From positions 3,766 through 67,765 of the forward strand of contig CAWGRT010000015.1 of NCBI GenBank assembly GCA_963825035.1: a stretch of DNA of 64,000 nt. The letters are read 5' to 3'. Position numbers and translations under genes: made by a program. The stretch is from Candidatus Krumholzibacteriia bacterium (GTDB taxonomy: Bacteria > Krumholzibacteriota > Krumholzibacteriia > LZORAL124-64-63). Of this stretch, positions 1-9,031 are shown piece by piece; position 1 is the stretch's first letter; every line of letters begins with the position of its first letter. The notes beneath the pieces were generated by a model. It saw nothing but the letters and a program-made list of their open reading frames with translations. It was not told where the DNA came from and ran no database searches.

Positions 1-1593
1 GGGAGCGGAAGGTCATCAGCACCACCGTCTCGTGGAGCACCTTGTAGTGCTCCAGCTGGTGGACCAGGGCCGGCGGCGCCAGGTGGGTGTTGGCCGTCAG
101 GAACACGGCCGTGCCCGGCACGCGGCGCGGGGGCTCGGCGTGGATCTCCGCCAGCAGGTCGTCGAAGCCGTGCCCGCTGCTGCGCACCCGCGCGCCGATC
201 CGCTCCTTGCCCTGGTGCCAGGTCCACATGCCTGCGAACACCACCAGGCCCAGGCCGAGGGGGAACCAGCCGCCGCTGGCCAGCTTGTTCATGTTGGCGC
301 CGAAGAAGGCCAGGTCCAGCACCAGGAAGCAGGCGGTCACCGCGACCGGCGGCCCACCAGGGCCAGCGCCAGGTCTCGCGCGCCACGGCGAAGGCCAGCA
401 GGGTGGTGATCACCATGGTGGTGGTCACCGCCACGCCGTACGCCGCCGCCAGGTTGTCGAGTGGCGGAAGCCCAGCACCAGGCCGATGGTCAGCACCATC
501 AGCACCCAGTTCACCGCCGGCAGGTAGACCTGGCCGATCTCCTCCTGGGAGGTGTGCGCGATGCGCAGGCGCGGGCAGTAGCCCAGCTGGATGGCCTGCC
601 GGGTCAGGGAGAACGCGCCCGAGATCACCGCCTGCGAGGCGATGACCGTGGCGGCCGTGGCCATGACCACCAGGGGATACAGGGCCCAGCCCGGCACCAG
701 GTGGTAGAAGGGGCTGACCACCGCGCCCGGGTCCGTCAGCAGCAGCGCCCCCTGCCCGAAGTAGTTGAGCAGCAGCGCACGGCAGCACGAAGGCGTACCA
801 GGCCAGGCGGATGGGCAGCCGCCCGAAGTGGCCCATGTCCGCGTACAGGGCCTCGCCGCCGGTGACCACCAGGAACACGGCGCCCAGCAGGAAGAAGCCG
901 GCGCGTGCCGTTGGCGCGCGAAGAACTGCACCGCGTAGCGCGGGTCCACCGCCTGCAGCACCTCCGGCGCGCGCAGCGATGCCGCGCACGCCCAGGACGG
1001 CCAGCAGCAGGAACCACACCACCATCACCGGCCCGAAGACGCCGCCCACGCGCCCGGTGCCCCGGCTCTGGAAGGCGAACAGGCCCACCAGGATGGCGAT
1101 GGCGATCGGGATGATCCAGGCCTCGAGCGCCGGGGCGGCCACGTTCAGGCCCTCGACCGCGCTCAGCACCGAGATGGCCGGGGTGATGGTGCCGTCGCCG
1201 TACAGCAGCGCCGCGCCGAAGAGGCCCAGCACCACCAGCAGCCGGCGCGGCCGGCCGCCGTCCTCGTCGCGGGCCGGGTGGATCAGGGCCATCAACGCCA
1301 GGATGCCGCCCTCGCCCTTGTTGTCGGCGCGCATGACGTACGACCAGGTACTTCACCGAGATCACCAGCACCAGCGACCAGAAGATCAGCGACAGCACCC
1401 CCAGCACGTTGGCGGGGGTGAGGCCCACCTTGAACGCGCCGTGGAAGCACTCCCGCAGCGCGTACAGGGGGCTGGTGCCGATGTCGCCGAAGACCACGCC
1501 CAGCGCGGTCAGCGACAGGACGGCCAGGCGGCGGCCGCGGGGCGGGCCGCTGTCGGTGGCCGAGGGTTCGAGGCGGTCCTGGAGAATCTTCAT
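1..1593 (-). CDS. kup: KUP/HAK/KT-family potassium uptake transporter; C-terminal end cut by the window edge, several frame breaks
   Basis: ORF 736..1593(-) opens [10 protein letters not shown]...[23 protein letters not shown] (Kup N-terminal signature). It continues in another frame in ORF 425..961(-) ([10 protein letters not shown]...[33 protein letters not shown]), with further frame changes toward position 1. Confidence 0.85.
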
Positions 1594-1686
1594 GGAGCCC
1601 GGCTTTCGTTCGGCATACCGGGTCCAATCTCGGCCCGAACGGGCGCGGCGGCAGTCAAAGCCGCGTGCCGTGCCGGGGGAAAGAGG

Positions 1687-1716
1687 AAGCCCCCCGGCGT
1701 GGCCGCCGGGGGGCTC
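1687..1716 (-). terminator. GC-rich hairpin terminator between the nfnB-like gene and kup
   Basis: Minus strand reads AGCCCCCCGGC-ggccac-GCCGGGGGGCT followed by TCCTCTTTCCC, about 25 nt after the proposed nfnB-like stop. Confidence 0.5.
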
Positions 1717-1738
1717 CCCATGGTCGCGGTCACCCGCC

Positions 1739-3224
1739 TCAGGTCAGGTTTCCGCAGACGTCGCTGCCGGCGTCCGGGTCGGCCGGGATCGCCGGTGGTC
1801 AGGAAGCGGTGGATGCTGTCGGCCGCCTTGCGCCCCTGGCCCATGGCCAGGATCACCGTGGCGCCGCCGGTGACGATGTCGCCCGCGGCGAAGGTGTCCG
1901 GGTAGGCAGGTCTGCATCCACTCGTTGATGACGATGGTGCCCTTCTTGGCGATTGCGGTCCAGGTCGGGGCAGTCGGCGGTCAGCAGCGGGTTGGGGCTC
2001 TGGCCGATGGCCAGCACGACCGTGTCCACCGCGAACTCCTTGACCTTGCCCTCGACGGGGACGGGGCGGCGGCGTCCGCTGGCGTCGGGCTCGCCCAGCT
2101 CCATCTCCTGGCACATGATGGCGCCCACGGCGCCGGTCCCGTCGTCGATGATCTCGATCGGCGAGTGCAGGAGGTTGAACTCGATGCCCTCCTGCTCGGC
2201 GTGGTGGATCTCCTCGACGCGGGCCGGCATCTCCAGGCGGCTGCGGCGGTAGACCAGGTACACCACCTCGGGCTGCAGGCGCTTGGCGGTGCGCGCCGAG
2301 TCCATGGCGGTGTTGCCGGCGCCGACCACGGCGATGCGCTTGATGTTCTTGACCGGCGTGTCCGCGCGCTCGGGGAACTTGTAGCCGCCCATCAGGTTCA
2401 CGCGCGTCAGGAACTCGTTGGCGCTGTACACGCCGTTGAGGTTCTCGCCGGGGATGCCCAGGAACCAGGGCAGGCCCGCGCCCGTGCCGATGAAGGTGGC
2501 GTCGAAGCGCTCGCGGATCGAGTCCAGGGGCTCGGCCTTCCCCACCGGGTAGTTCATGACGAACTTGACGCCCATCTCCTTCATGCCGTCGATCTCGCGG
2601 ACGAGGATCTCCTTGGGCAGGCGGAACTGGGGGATGCCGTAGAAGAGCACGCCGCCCGGCTTGTGCAGGGCCTCGAACACCGTCACGTCGTGGCCCTTCT
2701 GGGCCAGGTCGCTGGCTGCGGTCAGGCCCGGCGGGGCCCGAGCCGATGATGGCCACCTTCTTGCCGGTGGCGCGGTGCGCACACGGGGGTGATGGTCAGG
2801 TCGTGCTCCATGGCGTAGTCGCCCAGGAAGCGCTCGACCCGTCCGACGCCGCCCGGCTCGCGGCCCTTGTCCGGCTTGTTCAGGGTGCAGACCATCTCGC
2901 ACTGGTCCTCCTGGGGGCAGACGCGCCCGCAGATGGCCGGCAGGAAGTTCTTCTCCTTGATCTTGCGCAGGGCGGCCTCGTACTGCTGCTCGCCCACCAG
3001 CTTCAGGAAGGCCGGGATGTCGATGCCCACGGGGCAGCCGCTGCGACGCAGGGCTTGTTCTTGCACTGGATGCAGCGCAGGGCCTCCTGGGTGGCCTCGT
3101 CCTCGTTGTAGCCCAGGGGCACCTCCTCGAAGTTGAAGATGCGGTCCTCGGGCGTCTGCTCGCGCATGGGCGTCTTGGTCTTGGACTTGTTGATCTCGCG
3201 CTTGGGCGTGTTCGCGTCGCTCAT
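1739..3224 (-). CDS. nfnB: GltD/NfnB/SudA-family NAD(P)H oxidoreductase (glutamate synthase small-subunit-like), frame-broken
   Basis: ATG at 3224 behind AAGGAGGA. Fragments lie in four frames: [11 protein letters not shown]...[13 protein letters not shown]; [47 protein letters not shown]; [41 protein letters not shown]...[18 protein letters not shown]; [31 protein letters not shown]. The 3' end is uncertain: the raw ORF runs to 1590, but a 1-nt shift gives a TGA at 1739-1741 just upstream of the terminator hairpin. Confidence 0.75.
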
Positions 3225-4105
3225 GGGTCCGTCCTCCTTAGGCCTGGCGGTCGAGGGCCGGCGGCGGCCTCGTCCATCTTGCAGCGGTGGTAGTGGTCGA
3301 GCGACGCGCGCTCCTCGGGCTTGTAGTAGCTGAGCCGGGTGATCAGCTCGTCGAAGTCGACCTGGTGGCCGTCGAACTCGGGGCCCTCGACGCAGGCGAA
3401 GCGGGTCTCGCCGCCGACGGTGACGCGGCAGGCGCCGCACATGCCCGTGCCGTCGACCATGATGGGGTTCAGGGAGGCCTGGGTGGGGATGCCGTGGGGC
3501 TCGGTGGTCTTGCAGACGAACTTCATCATGACCACGGGCCGATGGTGATGACCTCGTCGATCGTCTCGCCGCCGTCGATCAGGTCGTCCAGGGCGTGGGT
3601 GACCATGCCCTTGCGGCCGTAGCTGCCGTCGTCGGTGGTGACGATCACCTCGTCGGCGATGGCGGTGATCTCCTCCTCGAGGATCAGCAGCTCCTTGGTG
3701 CGGGCGCCCAGGATGGCGATCACCTTGTTGCCCGCCTGCCTTCAGGGCCTGCACCTGCGGCCAGACCACCGCGTTGCCGATGCCGCCGCCCACGCAGACG
3801 ACGGTCTTGCCCGTGGGGATCTCCGTGGGCTTGCCCAGGGGGCCGGCCAGGTCGTGGATCTCGTCGCCCACGTCCAGGGCGTTGAGCATCTCGGTGGTCT
3901 TGCCCACCTCCTGGGCCACGATGGTGATGGTGCCCCGCTCGGGGTTGCGGTTGGCGATGGTCAGCGGGATGCGCTCACCCTCGTCGTTGACCCGCAGGAT
4001 GATGAACTGGCCGGCCTTGCCCCGGCGGGCGATGTGCTCGGCCTCGATCTCGAAGAGCCACGTCTTGGGCGCGAGCTCCTTGGCGGTGACGATCTTGTTC
4101 CCCAC
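3221..4105 (-). CDS. nfnA: PyrK/NfnA/SudB-like FAD/[2Fe-2S] electron-transfer subunit, frame-broken
   Basis: GTG at 4105 behind GAAGGAG. Sequence VGNKIVTAKELAPKTWLFEIEAEHIARRGKAGQFIILRVNDEGERIPLTIAN..., with the middle in another frame (ORF 3526..3723). C-terminal NPIMVDGTGMCGACRV Cys cluster. The stop overlaps the nfnB start (ATGA). Confidence 0.75.
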   Translation of the reverse strand: MGNKIVTAKELAPKTWLFEIEAEHIARRGKAGQFIILRVNDEGERIPLTIANRNPERGTITIVAQEVGKTTEMLNALDVGDEIHDLAGPLGKPTEIPTGKTVVCVGGGIGNAVVWPQVQALKAGGQQGDRHPGRPHQGAADPRGGDHRHRRRGDRHHRRRQLRPQGHGHPRPGRPDRRRRDDRRGHHHRPVVMMKFVCKTTEPHGIPTQASLNPIMVDGTGMCGACRVTVGGETRFACVEGPEFDGHQVDFDELITRLSYYKPEERASLDHYHRCKMDEAAAGPRPPGLRRTDP

Positions 4106-4445
4106 GGCAGGCTCCTTCAGGCTGGACGGGGCCGGGGCCCCGCGAAGCGCGGTGACGGCTGCCGGACGGCGTCCAGGCCGGATCCGGCCCGTCAAAGGTA
4201 GGCGGCGCCCTTTTGAAATCAAGTTTCCGGAATTGTGATAATGACAAATGATATCAGGACTTGGCGGGTCCGGGACCGGAGGGGAAAGCAAGAGCCGGTC
4301 ATGGCGCCGCCTGCGGTTCGGGGGGAACGAACCCGCAGTCTTCGCGGTCCCGACCGGCTCTTACCGGGGGGCGGCGCGTGGCATCCTGCACGGCCGCCGG
4401 GTTCCGTCGCGTACCCGTGCATGGGCCGTGCCGCCCGCGTGTGCC

Positions 4446-4473
4446 TTGACGCCCCGCACGGGGGCACTATCCT
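4446..4473 (+). promoter_or_regulatory. candidate sigma-70-type promoter for folE
   Basis: TTGACG (4446-4451), 16-nt spacer, TATCCT (4468-4473), about 55 nt upstream of the folE ATG. Confidence 0.35.
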
Positions 4474-4528
4474 CTGGGGATCGCCACGAGCCCGTCACCG
4501 GCCCCGCGGCCGCCGCCAGGAGAGAAGC

Positions 4529-5077
4529 ATGGAGTCCCTGATCCGCGAACTGCTCGTGCAGATCGGCGAGGACCCCGACCGGGAGGGCCTGGTCAAGACC
4601 CCCGAGCGGGTGGCCCGGGCCTGGGGCGAGATCGCCGGCGGCTACACCCAGGATCCCGGGGAGATGGTGCGGGGCGCCCTGTTCACGTCGACGGGCAAGG
4701 AGATGATCGTGGTGAACGACATCGACTTCTACAGCGTGTGCGAGCACCACCTGCTGCCCTTCTTCGGCAAGGCCCACGTGGCCTACATCCCCAACGGCAA
4801 GATCGTCGGCCTGTCCAAGGTGGCCCGGGTGGTGGAGGCCTACGCCCGCCGTCTGCAGGTGCAGGAGCGCATGACCGCCCAGATCGCGGCCTGCCTCATG
4901 GACAACCTGCAGCCCCTGGGGGTGGCCGTGGTGCTGCACGCCCAGCACCTGTGCATGATGATGCGGGGCATCCAGAAGCAGAACTCCTACGCGGTGACCA
5001 GCGAGATGCTGGGCGCCTTCAAGGACCGCTCCAAGACGCGGGCGGAATTCCTGACCCTGATCCGGGAACGGCCCTGA
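4529..5077 (+). CDS. folE: GTP cyclohydrolase I
   Basis: ATG at 4529 behind [38 protein letters not shown]...[37 protein letters not shown]...[13 protein letters not shown]. Intact. Confidence 0.95.
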   Translation: MESLIRELLVQIGEDPDREGLVKTPERVARAWGEIAGGYTQDPGEMVRGALFTSTGKEMIVVNDIDFYSVCEHHLLPFFGKAHVAYIPNGKIVGLSKVARVVEAYARRLQVQERMTAQIAACLMDNLQPLGVAVVLHAQHLCMMMRGIQKQNSYAVTSEMLGAFKDRSKTRAEFLTLIRERP

Positions 5078-5086
5078 ACAAGGACG

Positions 5087-5758
5087 GTGGACGTGAAGAC
5101 GACGACGAAGATCGGCGCCGCCCTGGCGCTCGCCCTGGCCTTGGCCGCACCCGCGACGGCTTCCGCACTGGATGGCGGCGTGACCGGCGGCTGGAACACC
5201 GGCCTGGGGGTGGACGCCTCGGCCACCTTCGAGCATTTCACCCGCGACCTGCCCCTGTCGGCCCGCTTCACCCTGGGCTGGCACGCCTCCGACGCCGGCG
5301 ATCCCTACGCGGCGCGGCGCATCTTCATCAACGACAACACCAACGGCGACCCCACCAAGAGCGCCGACAGCTGGCTGCTGCGCTTCGACCTCATGTTCCC
5401 GGCCTTCCACCTGGGCGGCCAGCAGGTGGACGTCTTCGCCGGCCCGCGCCACGCCATCTACAACGCCCACTACGATTTCGTCGGCGGCAACGAGGTCTTC
5501 GACATCGGCAGCGACCCGTGGGGCCTGGGGGTGGGGGCGGAGAGCCGCTTCGCCATGGGCCCGACCACCACCTTCCTGATGCAGGCGGGCTTCGACTGGT
5601 ACGGCAAGACGACGATCGAAGGCCACGACACGGCCTACCTGCCGTCGGGGGACAACGTCAACCCGCGGAACGACTACACCTGGAGCGACGCCGACCGCGC
5701 CATCGGCCAGCCCCGCTGGGAAGTGGTGGCGATGATGGGGATCCGTTTCCGCCTCTAG
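5087..5758 (+). CDS. signal-peptide protein, probable small outer-membrane beta-barrel
   Basis: GTG start. N-terminus KIGAALALALALAAPATASA, then alternating hydrophobic/aromatic strands rich in G/D/N/Y/W, ending VVAMMGIRFRL. Intact ORF. Confidence 0.5.
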   Translation: MDVKTTTKIGAALALALALAAPATASALDGGVTGGWNTGLGVDASATFEHFTRDLPLSARFTLGWHASDAGDPYAARRIFINDNTNGDPTKSADSWLLRFDLMFPAFHLGGQQVDVFAGPRHAIYNAHYDFVGGNEVFDIGSDPWGLGVGAESRFAMGPTTTFLMQAGFDWYGKTTIEGHDTAYLPSGDNVNPRNDYTWSDADRAIGQPRWEVVAMMGIRFRL

Positions 5759-6141
5759 CCGTCGCGCGACCGGCGGATGCCCAGCAGGTCCGCGCCGTGC
5801 CCCTCGCACAGGGCGATGGCCTTGGCCAGCTCGTGCTGGCAGATGTCGTTGCCGTGGTCGCAGGACGCCACCACGAACTTGCGCAGCACCGGCAGGGCCC
5901 GCGGGTCGCGCAACTGGCCCAGGGCCCACACGCCGCGGTTGCGGTCTTCGATGGGCCGGCCGTCGTCGGCCACCCACACCATGAGGGCTTCCACGTCGTC
6001 GCCCGCGGCCGGGGCCGCGGCCCGCGCCTGGCCGGCGATCTCGTCCAGGGACCCGGTGATGGACGCGCGCAGCGCCACGGCCGTCACCATGAGCCCCAGC
6101 ACCAGCACCAGGGCCGCCGCGCCCGCGATCTTCCACTTCAT
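5755..6141 (-). CDS. membrane-anchored HEAT-repeat-like protein with a Cys/His cluster
   Basis: MKWKIAGAAALVLVLGLMVTAVAL (TM anchor), ALGQLRDPRALPVLRKF (HEAT/PBS-lyase-like repeat), SCDHGNDICQHELAKAIALCEGH. RBS GGGAGAA. Starts 16 nt downstream of the stop of 6158..6868. Confidence 0.45.
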   Translation of the reverse strand: MKWKIAGAAALVLVLGLMVTAVALRASITGSLDEIAGQARAAAPAAGDDVEALMVWVADDGRPIEDRNRGVWALGQLRDPRALPVLRKFVVASCDHGNDICQHELAKAIALCEGHGADLLGIRRSRDG

Positions 6142-6157
6142 CGCCGTGTTCTCCCGG

Positions 6158-6868
6158 TCAACGGTACAGGGCCTTCAGCCCGCTCCAGCTCTCGTTCTCG
6201 TCGGGCACCACGCCGCAGTCGTTGAACGGCCGCGCCACGACCGAGGTGGCGAACAGGCAGAAGTCGCCCGGCATGGGGGCCAGGTGGAAGTCCCCGTAGA
6301 CGTCCACCGCGAAGGCCGTGTCCAGGTAGGGCTGCCACTGGACCGGGTCCACCCCCGAGAGGTCGATGTGCTCGTAGCACAGCCAGCTCCCGCAGTCGGC
6401 CGAGCAGGCCTCGACGGCGTACCCCGGGAAGGAGCCCGTCCGCAGGTAGCCGCGCACGGCCGGTCCGTCGAAGCACTCGGCCACCCCGAGGGCCAGCGCG
6501 TCCCCGTACTGCAGCGGAATCGCCGCGATGCTGCCGTCCGGCTGCTGCAGGCGCGGCGTGAACAGGAACTTCTGGGCCAGGGCCGGCGCCGGCACCGTGA
6601 CCACGTACTGGGCTTCGGCCGTGAACGCCGGCAGGGGCATGGGGGAGGTCGCCACCAGCGCCGCCGGCTCGCACGCCCCCACCCACGTCTCCTCGAGCAC
6701 GATCGCGTAGCCCGTCACGTCGCCCTCGACGTACTGGTTGAACACGTCCACGGTCAGGATGAACGACGGCCCCGCCGGGTCGCACGTCGAACGGATCGTC
6801 ACGATGGCCCCGGCCGGCCCCGCCGCCGCCAGCGTCGCCGCCAGCAGCATTCCCGTCAGCACTCTCAT
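6158..6868 (-). CDS. secreted Cys-rich hypothetical protein with a C-terminal SW...K.LYR tail
   Basis: ATG at 6868 behind GGGGGA. Signal peptide MRVLTGMLLAATLAAAGPAGA, 9 Cys in the mature part, ends ...FNDCGVVPDENESWSGLKALYR. Intact. I recognise no family. Confidence 0.55.
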   Translation of the reverse strand: MRVLTGMLLAATLAAAGPAGAIVTIRSTCDPAGPSFILTVDVFNQYVEGDVTGYAIVLEETWVGACEPAALVATSPMPLPAFTAEAQYVVTVPAPALAQKFLFTPRLQQPDGSIAAIPLQYGDALALGVAECFDGPAVRGYLRTGSFPGYAVEACSADCGSWLCYEHIDLSGVDPVQWQPYLDTAFAVDVYGDFHLAPMPGDFCLFATSVVARPFNDCGVVPDENESWSGLKALYR

Positions 6869-6999
6869 GGCCGTCCCCCTTGTCGATACGGCTCCCGCTG
6901 AAAGACCCCGATCATCCTACCACACCGCGCCCCCCCGCAACCACCCTCCCGCGCGACCGGCGGGGCGGGACGCGGCTGGCCGAAGCCCTGCCCGGGCGT

Positions 7000-7080
7000 G
7001 CCGCCCGAGGATGCACGAAGGCCCCGCCGGCGCATCGTGAAACGCTAAGCCGGCGGGGCCTTCGTGCATCCTCGGGCGGC
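7000..7080. repeat. perfect 32-bp inverted repeat (17-nt loop) immediately 3' of trxB
   Basis: GCCGCCCGAGGATGCACGAAGGCCCCGCCGGC (7000-7031) and its exact reverse complement (7049-7080), loop gcatcgtgaaacgctaa. It starts 8 nt beyond the trxB stop on the minus strand. Confidence 0.9.
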
Positions 7081-7087
7081 GGGGCCG

Positions 7088-8026
7088 TCACCCCTGCTCG
7101 CCCAGCCACCTCTCCGCCTCGATCGCCGCCATGCACCCGGTCCCGGCCGACGTGATGGCCTGCCGGTAGACGTGGTCCTGCACGTCGCCGGCGGCGAACA
7201 CGCCGGGGATCTCGGTGGCGGTCACGTCGGGCCTGGTCACCAGGTAGCCGTTGGCGTCGGTGGTCAGCTGGCCCTCCAGGAACGCCGTGTTGGGCACGTG
7301 GCCGATGGCGATGAAGCAGCCGGTCACCGGCAGCTCGCTGGTCGAGCCGTCGACCGTGTCCTCGAGTTCCACGGTCTTGAGGTTGCCCTTCTCGTCGGGC
7401 ACGTAGCGCGTGATCACCTTGTTCCAGGCCATCTCGATCTTGGGATTCTTCAGGGCGCGTTCCTGCATGATCTGCGAGCCGCGCAGCTCGTCCCGGCGGT
7501 GGACCAGGGTCACCTTGTTGGCGAAGTTGGTCAGGAAGGTGGCCTCCTCCAGGGCGGTGTCGCCGCCGCCGACCACGGCGATGTCCTGGCCGCGGAAGAA
7601 GAAGCCGTCGCAGGTGGCGCAGGCCGACAGGCCCTTGCCCATGAACTTCTCCTCGCCCTCGAGGCCCAGCCAGCGGGCGCGGCTGCCGGTGGCGATGATC
7701 ACCGCGTCGGCGGTGCAGGTGCCCTTGCCGGAGGTCAGGGTGAACGGCCGCTTCTGCAGGTCGATCTTCGTGATCGTCTCGCTGCGGACCTCGGTGCCGA
7801 ACCGGGCGGCCTGGGCCTTGAACTTCTCCATCAGCTCCGGGCCCATGATGCCCTCGGGGAAGCCGGGGTAGTTCTCCACGTCGGTGGTGATGGTCAACTG
7901 GCCGCCGGGCTGGTCACCCTCGAAGAGCACGTTCTGGATGTTGGCGCGGCTCAGGTAGAGGCCGGCGGTGAACCCGGCCGGGCCCGAGCCCACGATGGCC
8001 GCGCGGTAGTGGGTCTGCTCGCTCAT
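7088..8026 (-). CDS. trxB: thioredoxin-disulfide reductase
   Basis: MSEQTHYRAAIVGSGPAGFTAGLYLSRANI..., redox-active CATC in GLSACATCDGFFF, VVGGGDTALEEATFL, GVFAAGDVQD. Intact, RBS GGAGA. Confidence 0.95.
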   Translation of the reverse strand: MSEQTHYRAAIVGSGPAGFTAGLYLSRANIQNVLFEGDQPGGQLTITTDVENYPGFPEGIMGPELMEKFKAQAARFGTEVRSETITKIDLQKRPFTLTSGKGTCTADAVIIATGSRARWLGLEGEEKFMGKGLSACATCDGFFFRGQDIAVVGGGDTALEEATFLTNFANKVTLVHRRDELRGSQIMQERALKNPKIEMAWNKVITRYVPDEKGNLKTVELEDTVDGSTSELPVTGCFIAIGHVPNTAFLEGQLTTDANGYLVTRPDVTATEIPGVFAAGDVQDHVYRQAITSAGTGCMAAIEAERWLGEQG

Positions 8027-8190
8027 GCGCGGAATCTCCGTTCCGGCGACCGGGGCCGCCTGCCGAGGGAGGGGCCCGGGGACGGGCCGCGGTTGCGTCT
8101 GGAACCCCGCAAGTGTTAGTCAGGAACGGCGGTTCTGTCAACCTGGGCCCCCGGCGGGCGGGGCGGGGCCAAATTCTCCCCGCCGGTTCC

Positions 8191-8220
8191 TTGACGGATG
8201 GCCGTGTGTGCACTTATTAT
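8191..8220 (+). promoter_or_regulatory. strong sigma-70-type promoter candidate for rplU-rpmA
   Basis: TTGACG (8191-8196), 17/18-nt spacer, TTATTAT (8214-8220). AT-rich -10 in a GC-rich background. Confidence 0.5.
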
Positions 8221-8240
8221 ACGCGCTTACGTCCAGGAAC

Positions 8241-8272
8241 CCGGGAGGCGAATGTCTCCCCGGCGGTTTTTT
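8241..8272 (+). promoter_or_regulatory. terminator-like hairpin plus T6 inside the rplU 5' leader (candidate attenuator / r-protein leader)
   Basis: CCGGGAG-gcgaatgt-CTCCCCGG (one bulged C), then cgg and TTTTTT (8267-8272). It lies between the putative promoter and the rplU ATG (8332). No upstream + strand gene needs a terminator here. Confidence 0.4.
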
Positions 8273-8331
8273 GTGCGCGCCCGCTGAAGGCCGCGCCCCG
8301 CCCGACCCATCGAGCCCGCGGAGAGAACGCG

Positions 8332-8643
8332 ATGTACGCAGTGGTGAAGATCAAGAACCAGCAGTACCGGGTCAGCCCCGACCTCAAGCTGCAGGTGCCC
8401 CTGATGGCCAACGAGCCGGGGGACAAGCTGACCTTCGACGAGGTCCTGATGCTGGCCGACGGCGACGACGTCAAGGTGGGCGCCCCCACGGTCGCCGGCG
8501 CCTCGGTGGCCGCCGAGGTCGTGGGCCACGGCCGCAGCCGCAAGATCATCGTCTTCAAGAAGAAGCGCCGGAAGAACTACCGCCGCAAGAACGGCCACCG
8601 GCAGCCCTACACCGAGATCAGGATCACCGGGATCAGCGCCTGA
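8332..8643 (+). CDS. rplU: 50S ribosomal protein L21
   Basis: [25 protein letters not shown]...[36 protein letters not shown]. Confidence 0.95.
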   Translation: MYAVVKIKNQQYRVSPDLKLQVPLMANEPGDKLTFDEVLMLADGDDVKVGAPTVAGASVAAEVVGHGRSRKIIVFKKKRRKNYRRKNGHRQPYTEIRITGISA

Positions 8644-8679
8644 CGCGGTCCGGTCGGTTGGAGAACAAGGAGCACGACC

Positions 8680-8934
8680 ATGGCGCACAAGAAAGCAGGC
8701 GGCAGCACCCGCAACGGGCGGGACAGCAACGCCCAGAACCTGGGTGTCAAGCGTTTCGGCGGGCAGCAGGTGCTGGCCGGCACGATCCTGGTGCGGCAGC
8801 GGGGCACCCGGATCCACCCGGGCAAGAACGTGGGCAAGGGCGGGGACGACACCCTGTTCGCCCTCGTGGACGGCACGGTGGTCTTCGAGGACTTCCGCGG
8901 CACCAAGAAGCGGGTCAACATCCAGCCGGTCTAG
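8680..8934 (+). CDS. rpmA: 50S ribosomal protein L27
   Basis: [61 protein letters not shown]. Confidence 0.97.
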   Translation: MAHKKAGGSTRNGRDSNAQNLGVKRFGGQQVLAGTILVRQRGTRIHPGKNVGKGGDDTLFALVDGTVVFEDFRGTKKRVNIQPV

Positions 8935-8958
8935 CCATGGCCGCCGTGGAGACCAGGG

Positions 8959-8986
8959 AAGCCCGCCCCCGCATCGGGGCGGGCTT
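8959..8986 (+). terminator. hairpin terminator after rpmA
   Basis: AAGCCCGCCCC-cgcatc-GGGGCGGGCTT (11-bp perfect stem) followed by CTCTTGTG. Confidence 0.6.
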
Positions 8987-9031
8987 CTCTTGTGCCCGGA
9001 CGCCCGCGGCGGGGACCGCAAGGAGGACGCG

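Noticed and set aside
4211-4258. An AT-rich patch with TTGTGATAATGACAA and TTGAAATCAA, considered as Rex, CRP/FNR-type operators for the nfnAB-like operon.
   Set aside because: Neither is a proper palindrome: the half-sites are TTGTGA versus TGACAA, and the TTGA..TCAA spacing is wrong for FNR. A Rex link to nfnAB is attractive, but the sequence does not support it.
4290-4431. Two nested GC-rich hairpins in the nfnA/folE intergenic region (AAGAGCCGGTC...GACCGGCTCTT with an inner CTGCGGTTCG...CGAACCCGCAG; then GCACGGCC...GGCCGTGC), considered as a possible sRNA or riboswitch.
   Set aside because: At this GC content, 8-11-bp inverted repeats within 100 nt are expected several times per 64 kb by chance (my rough estimate). 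The element lies upstream of the best folE promoter, and I recognise no known RNA family (not SRP, 6S or tmRNA-like).
4446-4528. A THF-II (folE motif) or other folate/preQ1-type riboswitch in front of folE.
   Set aside because: The likely promoter leaves a leader of only about 50 nt, and I could not recognise the conserved hairpin/internal-loop consensus. An Infernal scan is needed to be certain.
5755-5758. A 4-nt overlap of the convergent stop codons of the OMP gene (+) and the HEAT-protein gene (-).
   Set aside because: This is trivial compact-genome geometry (CTAG shared), with no evidence of an antisense regulatory role.
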